From positions 96,843 to 160,842 of the forward strand of contig CAYWPX010000005.1 of assembly GCA_964460615.1 (NCBI GenBank): a stretch of 64,000 nucleotides of DNA. Direction: 5' to 3'. Of the stretch, positions 1-8,361 are shown in pieces. The notes under the pieces are model-generated. The model was not told the DNA's origin and did no database searches. It saw only the letters and a list, made by a program, of their open reading frames with translations. The stretch comes from an uncultured Planctomycetia bacterium. Its GTDB lineage: Bacteria > Omnitrophota > Gorgyraeia > CAYWPX01. Made by a program: the position numbers and the translations under genes. The stretch's first letter is position 1. Every line of letters starts with the position of its first letter.

Positions 1-103
1 CCGAAAGAATCCCGCTAGAAAGAAATATTTTTCTAGCCTTAAGACCAGCCGATTCCTCCGTTTCATTATCTTCAAATCTAATAAAATAAACTTTGCTTTT
101 CAT
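1..103 (-). CDS. Partial CDS (N-terminus only; continues past window start). The N-terminal 'MKSKVYFIRF...' resembles the start of DUF362-family proteins.
   Basis: Hand translation of the reverse strand from ATG (rc cat at 101-103) gives MKSKVYFIRFEDNETEESAGLKARKIFLSSGILS... with no stop before position 1. It is not in the ORF track because the in-window part is under 60 aa. Confidence 0.25.
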   Translation of the reverse strand, partial: MKSKVYFIRFEDNETEESAGLKARKIFLSSGILS

Positions 104-149
104 AACCCATTCTTAAGACAGGTTACACAAGAATAAAACCGCTTAATCA

Positions 150-425
150 CTAAGCCTTCGGTTCCGCACTTTGAGCTGCTTTGGCTTTATTTTTCTTATC
201 GGTCGTTTTAAAACACTGTTTTGTGCAATAATAGCTCCCATTTCTATAATACCACTTAACTTTGATAGATTTGTTGCACCCTTCACAGTTGGCGGGTTTT
301 ACCTTTTTCGGCTGAGCCTCTTTAGGGGCCTCTGCGGCTTTTGGCGCTTCAGCTGCTGGTGTAGCCTCTTTTGGTGTTTCTACAGGTTTTGATTCTGCAT
401 TTTCATTTTTTACTTCATCTGCCAT
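150..425 (-). CDS. Small protein with a PAKE-rich low-complexity N-terminus and a C-terminal CxxC...YY.C...C zinc-ribbon (TRASH/YHS-like metal-binding motif).
   Basis: The 91-aa ORF ends 'NCEGCNKSIKVKWYYRNGSYYCTKQCF', which fits a Cys4 TRASH/YHS-like pattern. The antisense ORF 171..392 looks low-complexity and spurious. Confidence 0.45.
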   Translation of the reverse strand: MADEVKNENAESKPVETPKEATPAAEAPKAAEAPKEAQPKKVKPANCEGCNKSIKVKWYYRNGSYYCTKQCFKTTDKKNKAKAAQSAEPKA

Positions 426-552
426 AACTTTCTACTCCTTTTGATGATCTTTTCATTGGAATTCATTTAGCTTTTATTTTGCCATATCCCAATCTAATGA
501 TCTATTGTTTATGCTTATTATACACAAATTGCAACAATTTTCAACAGCTATT

Positions 553-588
553 AAAAAAAATAGGGCAGAATTCTCATTCTGCCCTATT
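553..588 (-). terminator. Rho-independent terminator downstream of the 611..955 gene.
   Basis: Inverted repeat tagggcagaat/attctgcccta (561-587) is followed on the minus strand by a run of 8 T (A-run 553-560 on the plus strand). Confidence 0.55.
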
Positions 589-610
589 TACATAAAACTA
601 AAAAGCTTAA

Positions 611-955
611 TTACTTAGACTCAGAAAAAACAAATTCGGGTTCCAACACTGGTTTGTAACCTTCTGGTATCGGGAACGGGAATGTAATTGTTTCATAAAT
701 ACCTGCGCCTGTTCTTACGATCGTCATTCCAACGCCTTTAGCGGTTCCTATGGTAATACCAGCAAGAGGATTCTCTTCTACGCTAGTATCATAAATGTTC
801 TTCGGTAATTCGACCCAGCCCGTGAGGATATTTGCTAATCCTCTGCCAAGCTTACTGGTCATCGTCATATCCTCGGCAAAACATGCTGAAGCTACATTAA
901 CAACCACCATTACTGCCAAGCAAATGATTACACCTTTAATTATATTCTTCATCAC
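611..955 (-). CDS. Small secreted protein. Signal peptide, then a 'KLGRGLANILTGWVELPK' motif reminiscent of the exosortase-associated TIGR04073 family.
   Basis: The 114-aa ORF has an N-terminal hydrophobic signal peptide ending ASA-CFA. A strong terminator lies immediately downstream. The family assignment is from memory only. Confidence 0.4.
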   Translation of the reverse strand: MMKNIIKGVIICLAVMVVVNVASACFAEDMTMTSKLGRGLANILTGWVELPKNIYDTSVEENPLAGITIGTAKGVGMTIVRTGAGIYETITFPFPIPEGYKPVLEPEFVFSESK

Positions 956-1044
956 CTTTACACCTCCTTTTTATTTTCTTGGAGCGATTATATCATAATA
1001 ATGTTATTTTGTCAAGTTAGGAACTGATATTTAGAATAAACCTG

Positions 1045-1464
1045 TTATGTTACAGCTCTTAATTTGCTTATTACCTCTTCAACAACCATTTCGATCGTAG
1101 CTTTATCATGGTCAGATATATCTATAAATTCAATGCCGGTATCAAAAAATTCGATCTTATCCTTAAAGTCTTTTCTTTTTATCTGCCATACTATCCTGCC
1201 TCTACACTCTATATGCGATTTGCCATTATCAATAGAAATCCCCAGGCCTACCTCTTCAAAAAGCTTTAATTCTTTATCCAGAAAAACACAGATCCCGCCA
1301 ACCCCTATATTTTCAGTCTGGGTATGGATTACTTCGGAACCAATAAGCCTTCTGATGGTTATGGTACATTTATAGTTGGCCCTAGGAAACCTGCGCTTAT
1401 CTATACCGTTCCACATAGATTTTTCCTTTTTGCATAGTATATCCTGTATAAGGCAAATTGGCAA
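1045..1464 (-). CDS. PilZ-domain c-di-GMP receptor protein.
   Basis: The 139-aa ORF carries an 'RRFPR' motif and a downstream 'NIGVGG' motif, matching the RxxxR ... D/NxSxGG signature of PilZ domains. Confidence 0.55.
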   Translation of the reverse strand: MPICLIQDILCKKEKSMWNGIDKRRFPRANYKCTITIRRLIGSEVIHTQTENIGVGGICVFLDKELKLFEEVGLGISIDNGKSHIECRGRIVWQIKRKDFKDKIEFFDTGIEFIDISDHDKATIEMVVEEVISKLRAVT

Positions 1465-1508
1465 GGAAAATTTACTTTACAACGACGATTTTTGATGATA
1501 TACTTCTG

Positions 1509-2342
1509 ATGAAAATGTATCTACAATTTTTTAACCTCAAAGAAAAACCTTTCAATATCACCAGCGACCCGAGCTTTCTTTTCATGAGCAGGCGCCACAA
1601 AGAAGCTTTTTCGCAGCTTACTTACGGAATAAAAGAAAGAATGGGTTTTCTCGAGATCACCGGAGAAATAGGCACCGGCAAAACCACGCTCTGCAAAGCC
1701 CTTCTAAATCAACTCAACGGAAATACTAAAACTGCTTATATCTTCAATCCCGACCTTTCACAAACACAACTGCTCGAAACTATGCTTAACGATTTCGGTC
1801 TTGAAGTAAAGAACAAAACTAAAGTTGGGCTATTCAAACAATTGAATAATTTCCTTTTGGATGAGCTTAAGATGGGAAATAATGTAGTTTTAATTATTGA
1901 TGAAGCTCAAAACCTAAAAAACTCTGTACTGGAACAGATCCGCCTGCTTTCAAATCTTGAAACCGAGAAAGAAAAACTTTTTCAGATCATCCTTGTCGGG
2001 CAACCGCAACTTAAAGATAAACTGGCTAGCCCTGCCCTTGAACAACTCAGGCAAAGGATCGCAGTCAGATACCACATATTGCCTCTATCCAAAGACGAGG
2101 TAGCCGATTATGTCAACCACCGCCTTAAAATTGCAGGGTCCAATGGCGATATTGAATTTACCGACGATGCTATGGAAAAAATTTACGAAACCACGGGAGG
2201 AGTACCAAGGATAATTAACATCGTATGTGACAGGTCTCTTCTCTTCGGATTTGTTATGGAGACAAATAAGATCAATTCTGATATAATATTAAAGTCTTTT
2301 AATGAAATAAAAGGAGTCGATACTTATGAGCATAATAAATGA
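1509..2342 (+). CDS. gspA: GspA/ExeA-like AAA ATPase (general secretion pathway protein A / MshM-like).
   Basis: Sequence MYLQFFNLKEKPFNITSDPSFLFMSRRHKEAF...GEIGTGKTTLCKALL has the Walker A motif and the typical ExeA N-terminus. The start was moved from the ORF-track 1458 to ATG 1509 (or 1515) to avoid a divergent overlap with the PilZ gene. Confidence 0.7.
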   Translation: MKMYLQFFNLKEKPFNITSDPSFLFMSRRHKEAFSQLTYGIKERMGFLEITGEIGTGKTTLCKALLNQLNGNTKTAYIFNPDLSQTQLLETMLNDFGLEVKNKTKVGLFKQLNNFLLDELKMGNNVVLIIDEAQNLKNSVLEQIRLLSNLETEKEKLFQIILVGQPQLKDKLASPALEQLRQRIAVRYHILPLSKDEVADYVNHRLKIAGSNGDIEFTDDAMEKIYETTGGVPRIINIVCDRSLLFGFVMETNKINSDIILKSFNEIKGVDTYEHNK

Positions 2343-2823
2343 AGCAATAAAAAAAGCAAGGCTTGAAAAAGAATCACAGATCCCTGAAATTTTTAGAAGG
2401 GGAAGTTCATTCTCCAAATCTTATGAAACACCGACCATAAGCGAAGATTCGATAAATATTAATATTAAAAAACCTAAATATAATTTTGTTAATTTCAAAA
2501 ATCTGCTGGCTCTATGGGTGACCAGCTGCATACTTTTAGTCTTGGGATTTTTGACTATTTTTTCTAGCCACAATTCCAGACTCGAATCGCCTCAGTCCAT
2601 CGTAGATGCAAAACTTTCCCAAAACCCGGTAAGCGTTTCTGACCAATACAAACTTACGGGAATATTTTTTGACTCAAGCAAATCCTTTGCTATCATAAAT
2701 GATGAGATTGTTTGGGTCAATAGTGCCATAAATGGCGGCGCCAGGGTTAAATCAATAAATAAAGACAGCGTTAAGCTCATTCTTGGAACCTATGAAATAG
2801 AGCTTCCTTACAATAACAAATAA
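2326..2823 (+). CDS. GspB-like protein (membrane-anchored, C-terminal GspB/MshN-like domain).
   Basis: AAGGAG RBS lies 8 nt upstream and the gene overlaps gspA by 17 nt. There is a TM helix (LLALWVTSCILLVLGFLTIF). The C-terminus 'KLTGIFFDSSKSFAIINDEIVWVNSAINGGARVKSINKDSVKL' resembles the conserved C-terminal domain of GspB. Confidence 0.45.
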   Translation: MSIINEAIKKARLEKESQIPEIFRRGSSFSKSYETPTISEDSININIKKPKYNFVNFKNLLALWVTSCILLVLGFLTIFSSHNSRLESPQSIVDAKLSQNPVSVSDQYKLTGIFFDSSKSFAIINDEIVWVNSAINGGARVKSINKDSVKLILGTYEIELPYNNK

Positions 2824-2825
2824 TA

Positions 2826-3215
2826 TTAACCTAAGGCTTTTCTTAATTCTTCGGGGATTCTGGTAGGTTTACCTGATTTATTGATAAAGACGTGAGTAGT
2901 TCTGCCCTCAGCAAGAACTTCCCCTTCTCTTTTTACTAAATACCCATAAGCAAGGCTTGAATTTTTTATTGTCTCAAGCCATGTTTCGATCTCCAATAAA
3001 TCATCATATCTTGCAGGAGACTTGTAGGTGCAATTAGCTTCGGCTACTACTAAGTACAAGCCTTTCTTTTCTATATCCTTATAAATAATACCAAGATTTC
3101 TCAGATGGTCGGTTCTAGCAACTTCAAACCAGACAAGGTAGTTAGCATAATAGACAAAACCCATCTGGTCCGTTTCTTCATACCTGACCCTGATAGTAGT
3201 TTTAAAATTATCCAT
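2826..3215 (-). CDS. Acyl-CoA thioesterase, YbgC/4HBT (hotdog-fold) family.
   Basis: 129-aa ORF. 'YEETDQMGFVYYANYLVWFEVAR' is typical of the YbgC/FadM 4HBT family. Confidence 0.75.
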   Translation of the reverse strand: MDNFKTTIRVRYEETDQMGFVYYANYLVWFEVARTDHLRNLGIIYKDIEKKGLYLVVAEANCTYKSPARYDDLLEIETWLETIKNSSLAYGYLVKREGEVLAEGRTTHVFINKSGKPTRIPEELRKALG

Positions 3216-3217
3216 TT

Positions 3218-3676
3218 CTATTTTAATGACAATTCAAATTTATAGATCTGAAAACCGCCAAGATCAAGTTTTTCTTTTTCGACAAAATCTTTTTTCTTAC
3301 AAAGCTCGATTGCCTGAACCATGCGATTTGTCGTCCTGAATACAATGGATTTATATTTTTTTTCCCTGGCAAACTCTAAGGCTTTATCTATAAGCATCTT
3401 CCCCAGCCCCTTTCTTCGGTAATTGGGGCTTACAAAAAGCCTTCTCAGTAATGCCGTTTCCCTGTCATCTTCCTTTATTCCGACGGTACCGGCGATCGCG
3501 CCGTTATCATCAATAACAAAAAAATGATTTCTATCGCCGCCGTAAACCTCTTTTATGCTGTCAAGATCGCTATCAGAATAGGCGTTTTTGTCAAATGGAT
3601 ATTCTGTGGTAAGAATGGATAAAATCAACTCCTTGACCCTTTTAGAATCGCTATCTTTAAAAGCTCTGATTTCCAA
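3218..3676 (-). CDS. GNAT-family N-acetyltransferase.
   Basis: 152-aa ORF. The 'LRRLFVSPNYRRKGLGKMLIDKALEFAR' acetyl-CoA binding motif (Q/RxxGxG/A) is present. Confidence 0.7.
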   Translation of the reverse strand: MEIRAFKDSDSKRVKELILSILTTEYPFDKNAYSDSDLDSIKEVYGGDRNHFFVIDDNGAIAGTVGIKEDDRETALLRRLFVSPNYRRKGLGKMLIDKALEFAREKKYKSIVFRTTNRMVQAIELCKKKDFVEKEKLDLGGFQIYKFELSLK

Positions 3677-3712
3677 TTTACCCTCCTAAATTTCTGGTTA
3701 TATTCACTATTA

Positions 3713-4120
3713 TTATTTATTATTTGATGAAAAAAACTTTATCCAGATCTCTCTGTTGTTCCTTGGCCCGTCAAATTCCATAAAAAAAATCCCCTGCCAT
3801 GTCCCAAGCATCAATCTTTTATTTTCTATCATTACCAAACTGGAATTACCGGTTAAGACCGATTTTATATGAGCGGTTGAATTCCCCTCAACATGCTTGA
3901 AACTTGCCCTATCAGGGACCAATCTTTCCAATTCGGACCTTATATCAAGTCCTACGGAAGGATCGGCATTTTCATTTATCATTATTCCGGCAGTAGTATG
4001 CGGGACATATATAACCAAAAATCCGTCCGTTACACCTGAATCTTTTAGCAGGCCTTCGATTTTATCCGTTATATCAAAAAAACAACATTTTGATGAAGTA
4101 TCAATAAGGATCTTTTCCAA
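3713..4120 (-). CDS. yjbQ: YjbQ/UPF0047 family protein (secondary thiamine-phosphate synthase enzyme family).
   Basis: 135-aa ORF with 'DITDKIEGLL...GFLVIYVPHTTAGIMINENADPSV...HIKSVLTGNSSLVMIENKRLMLGTWQGIFFMEFDGPR'. Confidence 0.75.
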   Translation of the reverse strand: MEKILIDTSSKCCFFDITDKIEGLLKDSGVTDGFLVIYVPHTTAGIMINENADPSVGLDIRSELERLVPDRASFKHVEGNSTAHIKSVLTGNSSLVMIENKRLMLGTWQGIFFMEFDGPRNNREIWIKFFSSNNK

Positions 4121-4121
4121 T

Positions 4122-5213
4122 TCAGATCACTCTTTTTCTTAAAACTTTCTTAACTAAAGCGATTGGAACATCTTTTACAACTTTGGCTTTTCCAATACCG
4201 GTTGGGAGAATAAATCTATTTACACCTTTCACGATCTTTTTGTCATAATAGGTCGTCTTAATGATCTTATCAAGGCTTAGCCCCCTTACTACAGTCGGAA
4301 GGCCCATGTTCTTTATAAGTGAGATTATCCTTGACGAGTCTTCTTCCTTTATCAATCCAAGTTCTTTTGATATCTCCGTAGCTATTACAATTCCGAATGA
4401 TACGGCCTCACCATGATTATAGCGATTGTTAAAACCTATGGCGGCTTCAACAGCATGGCCTATAGTATGCCCAAGATTAAGCTCCGCCCTTATCCCTAGA
4501 GCATCAAACTCATCCTTTTCTACATATTTGGCCTTTATCGAAGCAGCAGTAAAAACAATATATTCCAGAACTTTTATATCAAGTTTTAATATTTCTTTGA
4601 ATCTATTTTCTATAAAATAGAAAAGGTCTTTATCTTTTATTATCCCGTATTTTATAACCTCACCCAGCCCATTCAATACCTGGCGTCTTGGAAGAGTCTT
4701 AAGAAAATTAATGTCAGTTATAACTGCCTTAGGTTGGTAAAATGACCCGACGAGGTTCTTGGCCACATCAAGATCGATAGCCGTCTTTCCTCCTATGGAT
4801 GAATCAACTTGCGCCAAAAAAGTAGTAGGAATCTGAAGAAAAGGAATGCCTCTTTTGTATATACTAGAAACAAATCCTGATAGATCACCAACGACCCCGC
4901 CGCCCAAAGCAATAACAAAAATTCCTTTTTTGTTATCAAAGGAAGCAATTTTATGCAAAACTTTGAAGGCAACTTTTTCAGATTTGCTCTTCTCAGAATC
5001 TCCGACCAGAATAGTTGCGCTATTAATAGAATTTTTATTAAGGAGTCTCTCTAGGGTTTTGCCGAAAAGCTTATTAATAATAGGATTAGTAATAATGACA
5101 GCATTATCGCCAAGATCAAGGCTTTTAACTAATGGGGGAACTTTGCCTATTACATTTTGGCCGACTATTATTGGGTAGGACCTTTTACCAAGCTTAACTA
5201 ATGTTTTTTTCAT
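4122..5213 (-). CDS. aroB: 3-dehydroquinate synthase.
   Basis: 363-aa ORF with the GGGVVGDLSGFVSS NAD-binding motif, LNLGHTIGHAVE metal-binding histidines, and typical length. Confidence 0.85.
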   Translation of the reverse strand: MKKTLVKLGKRSYPIIVGQNVIGKVPPLVKSLDLGDNAVIITNPIINKLFGKTLERLLNKNSINSATILVGDSEKSKSEKVAFKVLHKIASFDNKKGIFVIALGGGVVGDLSGFVSSIYKRGIPFLQIPTTFLAQVDSSIGGKTAIDLDVAKNLVGSFYQPKAVITDINFLKTLPRRQVLNGLGEVIKYGIIKDKDLFYFIENRFKEILKLDIKVLEYIVFTAASIKAKYVEKDEFDALGIRAELNLGHTIGHAVEAAIGFNNRYNHGEAVSFGIVIATEISKELGLIKEEDSSRIISLIKNMGLPTVVRGLSLDKIIKTTYYDKKIVKGVNRFILPTGIGKAKVVKDVPIALVKKVLRKRVI

Positions 5214-5255
5214 AAATATTCTTTTTTATGAGTATAACAAGTAGTATTATAAAAG

Positions 5256-5885
5256 TCAATTAACTAATGGGCGGCCGATTAGGGCACTTGCAGCTAAATT
5301 CATCAACGGATAAATGAATCTGTCAAAAAATCCAAAAGAAAGCAAAGCAAATATAATTATTATGCCGAAAGGCTCTACAAGGAAATAGTAATAAAGCGCC
5401 TTTTTGGGTAAAACGGACATTAATATCTTAGAGCCGTCAAGCGGCGGGATCGGGATTAGATTAAAAATTCCTAGAACCAGATTTAGCCATATGAACTGTA
5501 TCGCTATTGCACCCAAAAAAGACCCGAAGATATTTAATCTCAAAAATAATGATAGGATTATCGCCATCCCAAAATTGGCCAAACACCCTGCTACGCTTAC
5601 TAAGATCGTATCCCTCCTGAAACTCTTAAGGTTCATAAAATTTACCGGCACAGGCTTCGCCCAACCCAAAACAGCCGGAGAGTGCACAAAAATAAGCGTA
5701 AGAGGCAGGATTATGCTCCCAAACAGGTCTATATGCTTAATAGGATTTAATGTAAGTCTCCCGGAGTTTTTCGCGGTAGGATCACCCAATTTATAGGCAA
5801 CCCATCCATGGGCGATTTCGTGAATCATTATCGCAAAAAGAAATACCGGAAGTATCACTAAAAATTCTAATATAAGAGTCATCAT
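5256..5885 (-). CDS. Site-2 protease family (peptidase M50) membrane metalloprotease.
   Basis: The HEIAH motif (HExxH) sits in the first TM helix, and the protein is polytopic with an 'NLIPIPPLDGSK' LDG motif. Confidence 0.7.
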   Translation of the reverse strand: MMTLILEFLVILPVFLFAIMIHEIAHGWVAYKLGDPTAKNSGRLTLNPIKHIDLFGSIILPLTLIFVHSPAVLGWAKPVPVNFMNLKSFRRDTILVSVAGCLANFGMAIILSLFLRLNIFGSFLGAIAIQFIWLNLVLGIFNLIPIPPLDGSKILMSVLPKKALYYYFLVEPFGIIIIFALLSFGFFDRFIYPLMNLAASALIGRPLVN

Positions 5886-5905
5886 AATTATGATTTATTA
5901 AATTA

Positions 5906-6226
5906 CTAAGAAACCCTGCTTCCGAGCTTTACCTCTTTGTGCGGAGTAAGCAAGGCAAGTGTAGTATCGTCCTTAACGGCTAAAAGCATACCTTTCGATT
6001 CTACCCCCCTTAAAATAGCCGGTTCAAGATTATTTACCAATATTACCTCTTTTCCCACAAGCTCTTCTTTGGTATAAAAATTTTTAATTCCTGCTACAAC
6101 CTGTCTTTTTTCAATACCCGTATCAACCTGTACGACGTAAAGTTTATCCGCATTCGGATGATCAGCAACTTCTAAGACCTTGGCCACAATCATCTCAACC
6201 TTTTTAAAATCTTCAATATTTATCAT
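5906..6226 (-). CDS. csaA: tRNA-binding domain protein (CsaA / MetRS C-terminal EMAP-like domain).
   Basis: 106-aa ORF. 'FKKVEMIVAKVLEVADHPNADKLYVVQVDTG...RQVVAGI' matches the Myf/tRNA-binding OB domain. Confidence 0.7.
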   Translation of the reverse strand: MINIEDFKKVEMIVAKVLEVADHPNADKLYVVQVDTGIEKRQVVAGIKNFYTKEELVGKEVILVNNLEPAILRGVESKGMLLAVKDDTTLALLTPHKEVKLGSRVS

Positions 6227-6291
6227 TTAAGCCTCCATATTAACGAATTGATCGACTTTTCTGCCTACCGGCAGCTAATTTTAAAAAAATA

Positions 6292-6762
6292 CTATTTTTT
6301 TAATTCGAGGATTTTCCTCAGATAAAAAAGATTTACTAAATCCTCTTTGTTATATTTTAAAAGTGTATCCAAAGATTCAATATCATTATAAATGGAATAA
6401 TTTTTCCATAATACCATCGCCTGGTAACCATCCACACCTACCAGTTCCCTTTTAATACCCAATTTTTTCTCAACCTCTTTAAGCCCTCCGTATAGATTAT
6501 TCTTCCAACAGCTGAACATAAGATCCACATGTACCAGCGACCCTTTTATATCCATCGAGAGCTCTCTTTCGATAAAAGGGATATCAAATCTGTGCCCATT
6601 ATAAGTGTAAAGTATCGAAATCCCCTTAAGAGTTTTTAATATGTTATTTTTTGTTATATCGCGGCCCACCAGCTGAACAACTTTTTTGTCAGATTCATTA
6701 TAAATCCCGACTACCGTTATTCTTCTTTCAAAAGACGTCTCAATATCCAAATAAGCTTTCAT
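6292..6762 (-). CDS. Predicted RNase H-like 3'-5' exonuclease (YprB/DnaQ-like fold).
   Basis: 'AYLDIETSFERRITVVGIY' has the exonuclease DxE motif and 'YNGHRFDIPFIERE' is also present. The start was set to ATG at 6762 (MKAYLDIET), which removes the 35-nt overlap with the SH3 gene. Confidence 0.5.
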   Translation of the reverse strand: MKAYLDIETSFERRITVVGIYNESDKKVVQLVGRDITKNNILKTLKGISILYTYNGHRFDIPFIERELSMDIKGSLVHVDLMFSCWKNNLYGGLKEVEKKLGIKRELVGVDGYQAMVLWKNYSIYNDIESLDTLLKYNKEDLVNLFYLRKILELKK

Positions 6763-6763
6763 A

Positions 6764-7393
6764 TTAATTGTTAGACGGGATATCAGGAGCAGGTGCAATT
6801 TGAGGAATGTTATCGATATTTTCTACACTGGAAGGGACTGCAATAGGCTTTGGGATGACATAAGAAGATTCAAATTTGATATAATCCTTAACTACCCAAC
6901 CGCATGTATCAAGCGTCGGCCTAATAGCTATATAATGCCTGCTAGATTGGCCAAGAACAATACTAACAACATCACCTTTTTTAAGCATACCTACTACATC
7001 GCTGTCACCGGACGGCTTGATCCTTATATTTATATTATCGTTAGTTATGAACCCTGAAATCCCTTTTTGCTGAACATACTGCCTCGCTACATATACAATC
7101 GCATCCTGAGGAATATTGACCTTATACCAGCCATACTGCTCAGCCTTTACTATGACTTTAGAATCTTTCTTCAATTTATAGATAGATGGGAAATTCCTGT
7201 TTGAACCGGATCTGATATTTAAATTGTCAGCCAAAGATACGCCGGTAAAAGGGAAATTATTTTGTGCTGGTACCTCGCAAAAAGAACTTTTGGAAAACAA
7301 AATGATCGCAAAAATAAACAACAAATTCCTAAAACTCATAACGAGTCTTAGGAATTTTGCTGAAAATTCAATACTATAAAAAAAGCTCTTCAT
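6764..7393 (-). CDS. Secreted bacterial SH3 (SH3b) domain protein.
   Basis: There is an N-terminal signal peptide. 'SLADNLNIRSGSNRNFPSIYKLKKDSKVIVKAEQYGWYKV' and a second 'NINIRIKPSGDSDVVGMLKKGDVVSIV' match SH3b repeats. Confidence 0.5.
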   Translation of the reverse strand: MKSFFYSIEFSAKFLRLVMSFRNLLFIFAIILFSKSSFCEVPAQNNFPFTGVSLADNLNIRSGSNRNFPSIYKLKKDSKVIVKAEQYGWYKVNIPQDAIVYVARQYVQQKGISGFITNDNINIRIKPSGDSDVVGMLKKGDVVSIVLGQSSRHYIAIRPTLDTCGWVVKDYIKFESSYVIPKPIAVPSSVENIDNIPQIAPAPDIPSNN

Positions 7394-7424
7394 TTTTTAA
7401 ATTTAAGAAGTTACAGCAAAAAAC

Positions 7425-7736
7425 TTATTTCTTGCCTTTTGCTTCTTCCTTTTTAGGAGCTTCTTTAGCCGGAGCCTTAGCGCCGGCTGCACCAGGGGCT
7501 GCCGGAGCACCGGGAGCTGCCGGAACGCCTGCTTCCGCAGTACCTTCAGCGGCAGCGGCTTTTTCCTTTTTAACCTTGAATTTGACGACTTTTATCTTAG
7601 GTAGTTTAAAAATATCTCCACTCTCTTCAACCCATTTTTCTTTTTCGATAAGCTCTTTAAGCCTTTCATATCTTTTTAAAACAGACCTATGTTTTATACC
7701 TTTAGCTTTTGCTCGTAAACTAGAATGCTGTGACAC
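7425..7736 (-). CDS. Small basic protein with a K/A/P-rich histone-H1-like C-terminal tail (PAAPGA repeats).
   Basis: The 103-aa ORF has a structured N-terminal approximately 55 aa followed by an AAPGAPAAPGAAGAKAPAKEAPKK tail. The antisense ORF 7357..7740 is the complement of the repeats and considered spurious. Confidence 0.4.
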   Translation of the reverse strand: MSQHSSLRAKAKGIKHRSVLKRYERLKELIEKEKWVEESGDIFKLPKIKVVKFKVKKEKAAAAEGTAEAGVPAAPGAPAAPGAAGAKAPAKEAPKKEEAKGKK

Positions 7737-7778
7737 TTGAATTACCTCCTTCTATTAAAACGCCATTACAATGGCTAA

Positions 7779-8291
7779 TTATCTTTTACGTATAAAAGAA
7801 TCTTTGTACCTTGGTTTAACCTTCAGAAGTGTTGGCTCTGCTTTTTGAGGGCTATCAAAAAGCCCGAGACATAGTTTATAACCCTGGCTTGATTTCAAAA
7901 CGAAAGCATCCTTATAACCTTTGGACCTCAAAAAAACCACCTCTTTTTGAGCATCGCGGTCATTCGAATATGTATTCAATTGAATTGTATATTTTTCGCC
8001 AGAAACCTCTGAACTAACGCTACTAAGAGGGTTCTTTTTAATCGGCGCGATTTTTTTCGTATCACCGACAGGGTTCTTCGCCAATATCTTCCCTCTTTCA
8101 ACCCCAAGGCTAAAAGAACCAAGAATGATCATAACTATAATTACAACAACAAATACCGCCTTCTCATAGGAAATATTCAAAATAAGCGACTGAGCAGAAA
8201 AAATATTTCTTTTAAAAAACTTCGGCTGTTTACGCGAATCCTTATAATCTCCGAACAACTCAGGCTGTTCTTCGAAATTACCAGTACTCAT
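7779..8291 (-). CDS. SPOR-domain (peptidoglycan-binding, septal) membrane-anchored protein.
   Basis: There is one TM helix (AVFVVVIIVMIILGSF). The C-terminal 'YTIQLNTYSNDRDAQKEVVFLRSKGYKDAFVLKSSQGYKLCLGLFDSPQKAE' matches the SPOR fold consensus. Confidence 0.6.
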   Translation of the reverse strand: MSTGNFEEQPELFGDYKDSRKQPKFFKRNIFSAQSLILNISYEKAVFVVVIIVMIILGSFSLGVERGKILAKNPVGDTKKIAPIKKNPLSSVSSEVSGEKYTIQLNTYSNDRDAQKEVVFLRSKGYKDAFVLKSSQGYKLCLGLFDSPQKAEPTLLKVKPRYKDSFIRKR

Positions 8292-8361
8292 CTATAATAC
8301 CCCTTTTTTGAAGCCCTTATTATAACAGAAAACCCGGATAATTTCAAACATTTCTTTTTAA

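Noticed and set aside
1458-1508. ORF-track start of the gspA-like gene at 1458.
   Set aside because: It would overlap the divergent PilZ gene start (1464) head-to-head. The conserved ExeA N-terminus (MYLQFFNL...) begins at ATG 1509/1515.
7357-7740. Plus-strand 127-aa ORF antisense to the K/A-rich small protein.
   Set aside because: Its translation is the complement of the GC-rich Ala/Pro repeat (poly-A/G/P low complexity). The minus-strand frame has a proper basic N-terminal domain and fits the uniform minus-strand gene orientation.
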